Shown here piece after piece: positions 1-7,417 of a stretch of DNA of 64,000 nucleotides. The translations under genes and the position numbers were made by a program. The DNA lies in NCBI GenBank assembly GCA_031364845.1, contig JANLWX010000028.1:1-64000 (forward strand). The letters run 5' to 3'. The DNA comes from Candidatus Eiseniibacteriota bacterium. Lineage in GTDB: Bacteria > Eisenbacteria > RBG-16-71-46. The notes below the pieces were generated by a model. It saw nothing but the letters and a program-made list of their open reading frames with translations. It had not been told where the DNA came from and made no database searches. Each line of letters opens with the position of its first letter. Position 1 is the first letter of the stretch.

Positions 1-1
1 C

Positions 2-1297
2 ACGCTCAAGCCCCACTTCGTCGCGATGCGCGACGGCGACGAGCGCGGTCTCGATCAGGTGCGCCGCGGCAACGAAGCAGTGCTCACCGCGCGCCTCGAG
101 GACGCCGAGTTCTACTGGAACACCGATCTCAAGCGCACGACTGACCAGCAGATCGACGCACTGAAGGGCGTCGTGTGGATGGAAGGCCTCGGCTCGCTGC
201 GCGAGAAGGCCGACCGCCTCGAGTCGCTCGCGGCATGGCTCGCGGAACGCCTGGCGCCCGCCGAAGCCGGCGCGGTCAGGCGCGCAGCGCTCCTGTGCAA
301 GGCCGACCTCACGTCCGAGATGATCGGCAGCGGCAAGGAGTACGCGGGACTTCAGGGCGTGATCGGCTCGTACTACGCGCGCGAGAGTGGCGAACCCCAG
401 TCGGTGTGCGAGGCGATCGCCGAGCACTACCGTCCGACCGGTGCCAGCGACGCACTGCCCGCGAATGCGGCCGGATCCATGCTCGCGCTCGCCGACAAGC
501 TCGATCACACCGCCGGAGCGTTCGTGGGCGGGAAGATTCCGAGCGGCAGCATGGATCCTTACGGGGTGCGGCGCGCGGGCAATGGCGTGATCCGCATCCT
601 CATGGATCAGGAGCGCCACCTCGATCTCTACGCCGCTTCTATGGAGAGCACCCGCATCCTGTTCGCGAACGATCCGCAGCTTCCGCACGCGGAGATCATG
701 AAGAAGCTCGGAGAGTTCTGGCGCGGCCGCATCGAGACTGCGCTCGATGAGCGCGGAATCGCCTACGACTCGCGCGACGCCGCACTCGAAGCGCGCCCCG
801 CCCACGCTACCGGCGAACGCACGCGGCCGGGCTGGGTCGATCCGTTCGACGCGCTGCTGCGGGCGCGTGTGCTGGCGGAGTTCCGGGCCGACCTGCGTTT
901 CGAGCCGCTCGCCGCGCTGTTCAAGCGCGTGAGCAACATCTTGAAGGCGACCACCGATCCGCTGCCCGCAGCACTCGACCGCGCCGCACTGACCGAGCCC
1001 GCCGAGCTGGAGCTGGCTGCCGCGCTCGAACGGGCGCGGGGCCGGACCGACTCGCTGTGGGAGGGACGCGGCTACGCCGAGATCCTGCCGGCGTTGCTCG
1101 AGATGGAGCAGGCGATTCACGGCTTCTTCGATCACGTGCTCGTGAACGCCGAGAACCCCGCGGTGCGGCTCAACCGCCTGCGGCTGCTGAGTGAAGTGCG
1201 CGCGTTATTCCTGCGCGGCTGGGACCTGTCGCGCGTGGTGGTCGAAGGCGATCGCACCACTGCGGCGACCGAAATGGCGGGATCGAACCGCGCCTGA
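2..1297 (+). CDS. glyS: Glycine--tRNA ligase beta subunit, C-terminal part (5'-truncated by window edge)
   Basis: Motifs GNEAVLTARLEDAEFY, LCKADL, LQGVIGSYYA, IAEHYRP, LADKLD, SMDPYGVRR, FKRVSNIL, FFDHVLVN...VRLNRLRLL; frame open from base 2. Confidence 0.95.
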   Translation, partial: TLKPHFVAMRDGDERGLDQVRRGNEAVLTARLEDAEFYWNTDLKRTTDQQIDALKGVVWMEGLGSLREKADRLESLAAWLAERLAPAEAGAVRRAALLCKADLTSEMIGSGKEYAGLQGVIGSYYARESGEPQSVCEAIAEHYRPTGASDALPANAAGSMLALADKLDHTAGAFVGGKIPSGSMDPYGVRRAGNGVIRILMDQERHLDLYAASMESTRILFANDPQLPHAEIMKKLGEFWRGRIETALDERGIAYDSRDAALEARPAHATGERTRPGWVDPFDALLRARVLAEFRADLRFEPLAALFKRVSNILKATTDPLPAALDRAALTEPAELELAAALERARGRTDSLWEGRGYAEILPALLEMEQAIHGFFDHVLVNAENPAVRLNRLRLLSEVRALFLRGWDLSRVVVEGDRTTAATEMAGSNRA

Positions 1298-1495
1298 GCC
1301 CCCGGCGGGTGCGTCATTCGGGCGCGGCCTTGCTCAGCAACAATCTTCGCCTCACCCAGTATTTTGCCGTCGTTCAAAACTTCGATCAGTTGTGCTGTCC
1401 GCTCCGCGATGCGTTGAGCGACATGCGCCCGAGATACGAACTGGCGTCGCTCGTCCTAAACGACGGCAAACGCGTCAGCAAACTTCACTCTTCTC

Positions 1496-1524
1496 TTGAC
1501 CATTCACCGACATGGTTGTGTAAT
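1496..1524 (+). promoter_or_regulatory. Candidate sigma70 promoter TTGACC-N17-TGTAAT
   Basis: -35 at 1496-1501, -10-like hexamer at 1519-1524, in an AT-richer intergenic region upstream of the glycan locus. Confidence 0.55.
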
Positions 1525-1532
1525 CGTTTACA
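1519..1532. promoter_or_regulatory. LacI-family operator TGTAATCGTTTACA
   Basis: Near-perfect palindrome with central CG; 13/14 identical to the perfect palindrome at 4245-4258; overlaps the -10. Confidence 0.75.
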
Positions 1533-1745
1533 TCGAAGGCTGGGATCGGCAACAGACATGTGCCGCGAGGCCCTGCCCTCCTCCTCAGCAGCCATGCTTC
1601 CGAAGTGCCGTGCGTTTGCGATGGCTCGGGCCGCCGCAGATCACGACTTCAGACGCATGACCGCCACCTCGTCCTGGCAAGCAGCCACGATTGTGCCGTT
1701 GGATCCTCATCATCGCTGCACCCCCTACTCTCGTTGGAGGAATCC

Positions 1746-4079
1746 ATGAAGCGGACCACACCACTGAGCATGGCGTTCACCGCCGTGCTCGCGCTCGCTG
1801 GCTTTATGACAGCGTTCGCGGCAACCCCGACGCCGAACAGCGCGGTCGTGAAGACGCGCATCTTCAACGACTGTCCGACGTCGACGGTCTCGGTCACCAA
1901 CAACTACCCCGCGCTCATTTCCATCAATGACGCGGACCTCGACTGCTTCGGCTTCGCGAATCTCCACAACTGGAGCTTCTCGGAAGACGGCGTCAACCCT
2001 GCGAATTTCGACAACCACTCGTCTTTCCGCTACGCCGCTACCCTCGTGATTTCGGGCAGCGGGAACGGTGAAGCCGGACTGCGTCTGTCGCCGTGGTTCT
2101 CGCAGGACGTCGACGGCCGTTTCAACGTCCGCACGCCGGATGGCGAGATCGCCTGCTTCGGCGGCCGTCTGCCGTTCTACTCGTTCACCGGCTCCCACGG
2201 CCTGCACTACGCCGCGGGCGAGCCGATCCGTCTCGAAGTGATCTATGAGCCGCACGGTGTGAAGCCCTCGGCCCCGGGAACGATTGAATACCGGGTCACC
2301 TATCAGGGCAACGACTACACCAGCGGCCGCCTGCCGTTCGACGAAGGCAACCCGGCCGAAGATCCGCCGCACGGCCGTTGGGGCATCCTCTACGAAGCGC
2401 GCGTCGGTGGTTACTTCCAGCCGCGTCTCGGCAACGGTGTCGCAGTCAACGTCGCGGCCTCGTGGTCGGACATCGAATTCGGCACCACGCCGGATCCGAA
2501 CAGTGCCGTCACCAACACGCGCATCTTCAACGATTGCCCGACCTCGACCGTGACGGTCGTCAACAACTACCCGAGCCTGATCTCCATCCAGGACGCGCAC
2601 GTCGACTGCTTCGGCTTCGCCAATCTGCACAACTGGCGCTTCTCCGAGGACGGCGTCAACGCGGTCGAGTTCAACAACAACTCGCGCTACGGCTTCTCGG
2701 CCGACCTCGTGATCTCGGGCACCGGCAACGGCGAAGGCGGACTCCTGATCTCGCCGTGGTACTCGCAGAATGTCGACGGCCGTTTCAACGTCCGCTCGAC
2801 CGACGGCGAAATCGCGTGCTTCGGCGGCCGTCTGCCGTTCTTCTCGTTCACGGGCGCCTTCGGCCTGCACTACGTGAAGGGCACCGCGATCCACCTGGAC
2901 GTCAAGTACTACCAGCACTCGCAGACCGCCAGCGATCCCGCGACCATCGAGTACACGCTGGTCTACAACGGTCAGAGCTACACTAGCGGACAGCTTCCGT
3001 TCGACATGGCGAATCCGGCCGAAGAGCCGCCCTATGGTCTGTGGGGCATGCTCAACGACGGTCGCGCCGGCGGATACTTCCAGGTGTTCCTCGCCAATGG
3101 CAACGACGTGACGGCCAAGGCAACCTGGTCGAACATCCGGTTCACCCAGTGCCTCGACAAGGTCGGTGTCGCTGCCGAGCTCGCGCCGAGCCGCATCAAC
3201 CGCAATGGCCACGGCAAGTACTTCACCGCGACCCTGTATCCGTACGCGGCCTCGGGCTACACCGCCGAGGACATCGACGTCTCGTCGGTCACGCTCAATG
3301 GCGTGCCGGTCGCTCCGAACACCGAAGCGAAGATCGTCGATCACGGAGAGGGCCTGCGGCTTAAGTTCGACCGGTCGGCGGTCGTCGCGACGCTCGGACC
3401 GGGAACCAAGGAACCCGTCTTCATCTCGGGTGACATCGGTGCGAACTGCTTCGAGGCGCTCGAGTACGTCAACATCAGGAACCCGAAGGCCCAGCAGCCG
3501 GCGCCGAACAGCGTCGTCGCGGTGGGTCAGGTCGTGAACGTCCAGTGGGACGTGCCGACCGACGTGACGATCTCCAAGGTGTCCATGCTGCAGTCGATCG
3601 ACGGCGGTACCACCTGGACGCTCGTCGCCAGCAACATCAACAACGACGGCAACCACAACTGGACCGTGCCGGCGACCCCGTCGACCCAGGCGCGCATTGC
3701 GCTGGTGGTGCTCGGTGCAGCCGACGAAACCGGTCTGGTGGCGCAGTCCGAAGTTGCCGAGACCGGCCTCTTCACGATCACCGCGTCCACCGCGGTGGGC
3801 GATGCCGAGGATGTTTCGTTCGCGATTCGCGGAGTGCAGCCGAATCCGGCTCGCGGTCCGTTGAACGTGACGTTCAGCCTGCCGTCGCGTCAGACCACCA
3901 CCATCGGGGTCTTCGACGTGAGCGGACGCCAGGTCGCCTCGCGCGATCTGAGCGAACTCGGCGCCGGCCGTCACACGATCACGCTGGGCGCCAAGGCGGC
4001 ACTTCGCCCGGGTGTCTACATGGTCCGTCTGACCCAGGGCTCGCGCAGTGTCAGCGCTCGCGCCGTGGTGATCGAGTAA
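1746..4079 (+). CDS. Secreted protein with two tandem ~221-aa domains, Ig-like region and C-terminal T9SS/FlgD-like sorting domain
   Basis: GGAGG RBS at 1736-1740; signal peptide; duplicated RIFNDCPTST...FGFANLHNW...FGGRLPF domain; CTD QPNPARG...VFDVSGRQV...LRPGVYMVRL. Confidence 0.85.
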   Translation: MKRTTPLSMAFTAVLALAGFMTAFAATPTPNSAVVKTRIFNDCPTSTVSVTNNYPALISINDADLDCFGFANLHNWSFSEDGVNPANFDNHSSFRYAATLVISGSGNGEAGLRLSPWFSQDVDGRFNVRTPDGEIACFGGRLPFYSFTGSHGLHYAAGEPIRLEVIYEPHGVKPSAPGTIEYRVTYQGNDYTSGRLPFDEGNPAEDPPHGRWGILYEARVGGYFQPRLGNGVAVNVAASWSDIEFGTTPDPNSAVTNTRIFNDCPTSTVTVVNNYPSLISIQDAHVDCFGFANLHNWRFSEDGVNAVEFNNNSRYGFSADLVISGTGNGEGGLLISPWYSQNVDGRFNVRSTDGEIACFGGRLPFFSFTGAFGLHYVKGTAIHLDVKYYQHSQTASDPATIEYTLVYNGQSYTSGQLPFDMANPAEEPPYGLWGMLNDGRAGGYFQVFLANGNDVTAKATWSNIRFTQCLDKVGVAAELAPSRINRNGHGKYFTATLYPYAASGYTAEDIDVSSVTLNGVPVAPNTEAKIVDHGEGLRLKFDRSAVVATLGPGTKEPVFISGDIGANCFEALEYVNIRNPKAQQPAPNSVVAVGQVVNVQWDVPTDVTISKVSMLQSIDGGTTWTLVASNINNDGNHNWTVPATPSTQARIALVVLGAADETGLVAQSEVAETGLFTITASTAVGDAEDVSFAIRGVQPNPARGPLNVTFSLPSRQTTTIGVFDVSGRQVASRDLSELGAGRHTITLGAKAALRPGVYMVRLTQGSRSVSARAVVIE
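1824..3143 (+). repeat. Intragenic tandem duplication (2 copies, period 663 nt)
   Basis: Copy 1 starts TPTPNSAV at 1824, copy 2 starts TPDPNSAV at 2487; long identical peptide blocks. Confidence 0.9.
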
Positions 4080-4125
4080 GCATCGCAGTCGGTTGTTTGA
4101 AGTAATGCAGCAGTGCGTGACGATC

Positions 4126-4155
4126 CCGGGCCCGGTGCGAAAGCGCCGGGTCCGG
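4126..4155 (+). terminator. GC-rich stem-loop with GAAA loop after the first secreted-protein gene
   Basis: CCGGGCCCGGTGC-GAAA-GCGCCGGGTCCGG (13 bp with G-U pairs); no U tract. Confidence 0.5.
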
Positions 4156-4244
4156 TGATCCGAACGCCAGCCTCGTAGTCCGGCGGCGGGTCGCGCCCGC
4201 CAACCCTTGTCGTTGCAGCCGCGCCGTAGAGGAATTCGAATTGA

Positions 4245-4258
4245 TGTAATCGATTACA
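4245..4258. promoter_or_regulatory. LacI-family operator TGTAATCGATTACA (perfect palindrome)
   Basis: 14-bp perfect palindrome upstream of the LacI gene; second copy at 1519-1532. Confidence 0.8.
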
Positions 4259-4341
4259 AGTCAGCACCGGCCCGCTCGCGAACGCGCGGGGCCGCGGGTA
4301 TCGACACGATGGCGGATGGTTTCACCGCCGCGGAGCCCACA

Positions 4342-5406
4342 GTGGCCACGATCAAAGATGTCGCGCGTGAAGCGGGAGTCTCGGTCGCCACGGTTTCCCG
4401 CGTGTTCAACGACCGCACGGTCGTGAGCGCCGACACCGCGCAGGCGGTGCGCGATGTCGCCACGCGCCTCAACTACTGGCCCAACGCTGCGGCGCGCAGC
4501 CTGATCACGAGCCGCACTCACACGCTCGGTGTGCTGCTTCCCGACATGCATGGTGAGTTCTTCTCGGGCGTGATCCGCGGTCTCGACGTCACCGCCCGCC
4601 GCAATGGATTTCATCTGTTGGTGTCCAGCTCGCACGCCGGCACCGACGAACTCGTCTCGGCGCTGCGCTCGATGCGCGGCCGGATCGACGGGCTGGTCGT
4701 CATGGCCCCGAATGTCGAAACGCCCGCGGCGATCCGCGACTGGGTCGCCGACACGCCGGTCGTGCTGATCGATCCGCGCGGCGGCTACGAAGGCTTCGAC
4801 AGCGTCTCGATCGCCAACTTCGAAGGTGCCCACAGTATCGTGAGCCACCTGATGGCACTCGGTCACCGGCGCATCGCGACCGTGACCGGTCCGCTCGGCA
4901 ACGTCGATGCCGCGCAGCGGCGCAACGGTTACCGCGAGGCGCTGCGCGAGGGCGGAGGCGATCTGTCGCTCGAGCTGGAGATCGCCGGCGACTTCACCGA
5001 GCCGTCGGGCCATGCGGCGATGGCCGCGTTGCTGAAGCTCGATCCACGGCCCACGGCGGTATTCGTCGGCAACGACCACATGGCGCTCGGCGTCATGCGG
5101 TCGCTCGCCGAGACCGGCGTGCGCGTGCCCGAGGACATCGCGGTCGCGGGCTTCGACGACATCGAAACCGCGCGCTACCTGAGTCCGCCGCTCACGACCA
5201 TGCGCGTCGACACGTTCGAGCTGGGCGCGCGCGCGGTCGACCGGCTGCTGCTGATCGTGACCGCGCTCGCGCAGGGCGTTCCGATCGAGCGCACACATCA
5301 GGTGCTTCCGGCCACGCTCGTCGTACGCGGCTCGTGCGGTACGAGCAACGGCAAGCCAGCCACTTTGAACGCCATTCGAAACCACATTCCCCATCACGGC
5401 CGATGA
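4342..5406 (+). CDS. LacI-family transcriptional regulator
   Basis: TIKDVAREAGVSVATVSRVFN HTH, PNAAARSL hinge, VPEDIAVAGFDD, PPLTT; GTG start with GGAG RBS (ATG at 4309 is an alternative). Confidence 0.95.
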   Translation: MATIKDVAREAGVSVATVSRVFNDRTVVSADTAQAVRDVATRLNYWPNAAARSLITSRTHTLGVLLPDMHGEFFSGVIRGLDVTARRNGFHLLVSSSHAGTDELVSALRSMRGRIDGLVVMAPNVETPAAIRDWVADTPVVLIDPRGGYEGFDSVSIANFEGAHSIVSHLMALGHRRIATVTGPLGNVDAAQRRNGYREALREGGGDLSLELEIAGDFTEPSGHAAMAALLKLDPRPTAVFVGNDHMALGVMRSLAETGVRVPEDIAVAGFDDIETARYLSPPLTTMRVDTFELGARAVDRLLLIVTALAQGVPIERTHQVLPATLVVRGSCGTSNGKPATLNAIRNHIPHHGR

Positions 5407-5438
5407 AGGACTCGCGCATCACATCAGGAGGAATGGAA

Positions 5439-7340
5439 ATGAAACCGATGAAGCTCACAGGGTGGTTCGCGTGCGCGTTGATCGCGCTCGCGCTGCCCTC
5501 ATGGTCCCACGCTCAGGCGCCGCGTACCGACGCCATCTGGGCGCGCACCACGACACAGACGATCACGCTCGATGGTGTGCTCGATGAATCTTCATGGGCC
5601 AACGCGGAAACCTGGATCGTGCGGTACGGCGTGAACAACGGTGATCCGGGCAGCGGTTGGAAGGAAGAGGCCGGCAAGATTCCCAAGGACAGCACGTTCG
5701 CGACGCTCAAATTCCTCGTGAACGGCAACAAGCTCTATCTGGGTGCCGTGGTGCGCGACAGCTCGATCGGCGGCTCGGCGACCTTCAACCGCCACGACGG
5801 GCTGCTGATGGGGATCAAGGATCACCGCGATCCGTTCGCGACGATCTCGGGTCCGGTCGAGTACCTGTATTCGTGGTGGCACCCCGAAGATCCGAATCCG
5901 GAAGCGGTCGGGAAGATGCCGGGCTTCCGCGGCTACTGGAGTTCGCAGAGCGACACGATTCCGCGCACGCCGGAGCAGATCGCGGCGTGGGATGCGGTGA
6001 CGAAGGTACGTGGTGGCCAGACCAACTCCGATGCGACCAACGACTCGAGCTATGTCGTGGAAATGATGTTCGACGTCGGCGTGATGGGCTACACGCCGAC
6101 CGCCCCGAATGGCGACATCATCGAATGGAACATCTCGGTCTATGACAACGACTGGTTCTGGCCGCTGTCGGGCCCCCGCTTCGCCAACAATCGTTCATGG
6201 TGGCAGGGGCCGTGGGGCAATCGGATGGAGATGAACGAAGTGCGCATCCACACGCGGCCGAACGTCACGGTCAGTTCGGGTGCGGTGCCATTCATCGGAC
6301 CTGAAGTGCGCATCCCGAACAAGAGCGCCCAGCCGACGCCGACGATCGACGGTTTCCTCACCGAACCGGTCTGGTCGCAGGCGGTCACGAAGGCGTTCGA
6401 TCTCCGCTACGGTGACTTCGCCGTGCGCAACACCTATCCCGGTGTCATGCGCTGGCGCGCCGGCTTCTTCCAGCCGCCGGTCAACGGCGGAACCGCCCCG
6501 GTGGTCGATCCGGGCGACGCGACGATCCGGTGGTTCTACAAGGGCGACTCGCTCTACATCGGCTTCGACGTTCGCGATCAGGTGGTGCAGAGTCCCCCGG
6601 CCTTCGATCGCTGGGACGGCTTCATCGTGACGATTCAGGACACCGCCAAGACCACCGACCGCAATCGCGAGTCGCGCCGGCTCGGGTTCCATGTCGGCCC
6701 TACCGGCCTCCCGGTCGCGACCGACTACCTGCCGTTCCTGCGCGATACGGCGTTCGCGGCAAAACTCGGACTCAAACTCAAACCCGGGACGACGGTGGAC
6801 ACGCTGGGCGGAAGCCCCGATCAGGGCTACACGGCCGAGTTGATGGTCAATCTGCGCCGGCTCGGGTTCCCGGCCGGATTGGGGACCAAGCCACTCTACA
6901 TCGGCATCAACATGCAGGACGGCGACTCGTTCACTCCCTTCACCGACAGCTACGGCACGCGGACCTGGTGGGGGCGTGAGTACGAGCACGAATGCTGTCC
7001 CGCGAACGCGTATTTCGATCCGCTCTACGTGAACGACGTTGGAGACGAGATCGGTGCCGAGGCGAAACTCATCGGCAACTTCCCGAATCCGTTCCGCACC
7101 ACGACCATGCTGAGGTTCACGCTGGCGGCACCGGCGCGCGTCACGCTCGAGGTCTATGACCTCCAGGGTCGCCAGGTGGCGAAGCGTGCGCTCGGGCTCC
7201 ATGCTCCCGGCGTGCGTCAGGCTTCGTTCACGCGATCGGGTCTCGGCACCGGCATCTACCTGTACCGTGTGAAGCTCACGGATCCGGTGAGTGGCGCTGC
7301 GCGGGGCACGATGGCGGGCAAGATGATGGTCTTACAGTAG
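5439..7340 (+). CDS. Secreted protein with two CBM9/DOMON-like sugar-binding modules and T9SS/FlgD-like CTD
   Basis: AGGAGG RBS, signal peptide; ITLDGVLDESSW and PTIDGFLTEPVW module starts, LYLGAVVRD / LYIGFDVRD strands; CTD NFPNPF...VYDLQGRQV...GTGIYLYRV. Confidence 0.75.
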   Translation: MKPMKLTGWFACALIALALPSWSHAQAPRTDAIWARTTTQTITLDGVLDESSWANAETWIVRYGVNNGDPGSGWKEEAGKIPKDSTFATLKFLVNGNKLYLGAVVRDSSIGGSATFNRHDGLLMGIKDHRDPFATISGPVEYLYSWWHPEDPNPEAVGKMPGFRGYWSSQSDTIPRTPEQIAAWDAVTKVRGGQTNSDATNDSSYVVEMMFDVGVMGYTPTAPNGDIIEWNISVYDNDWFWPLSGPRFANNRSWWQGPWGNRMEMNEVRIHTRPNVTVSSGAVPFIGPEVRIPNKSAQPTPTIDGFLTEPVWSQAVTKAFDLRYGDFAVRNTYPGVMRWRAGFFQPPVNGGTAPVVDPGDATIRWFYKGDSLYIGFDVRDQVVQSPPAFDRWDGFIVTIQDTAKTTDRNRESRRLGFHVGPTGLPVATDYLPFLRDTAFAAKLGLKLKPGTTVDTLGGSPDQGYTAELMVNLRRLGFPAGLGTKPLYIGINMQDGDSFTPFTDSYGTRTWWGREYEHECCPANAYFDPLYVNDVGDEIGAEAKLIGNFPNPFRTTTMLRFTLAAPARVTLEVYDLQGRQVAKRALGLHAPGVRQASFTRSGLGTGIYLYRVKLTDPVSGAARGTMAGKMMVLQ

Positions 7341-7347
7341 TCGAGTC

Positions 7348-7383
7348 GCGGCGGTGCGGGCCCGTGGGGTCCGCACCCGCCGC
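7348..7383 (+). terminator. Intra-operon stem-loop
   Basis: GCGGCGGTGCGGGCCC-GTG-GGGTCCGCACCCGCCGC between the CBM protein and receptor genes. Confidence 0.45.
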
Positions 7384-7417
7384 ATCGACACATCCCACCA
7401 AGACCCATACGAGCGCG

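Noticed and set aside
1533..1745. Known riboswitch in the ~210-nt leader
   Set aside because: No consensus of a riboswitch class that I can recognise; an Rfam search would be needed to exclude one
1309..1749. 146-aa ORF in the glyS intergenic region
   Set aside because: No motif, overlaps promoter and operator, atypical composition
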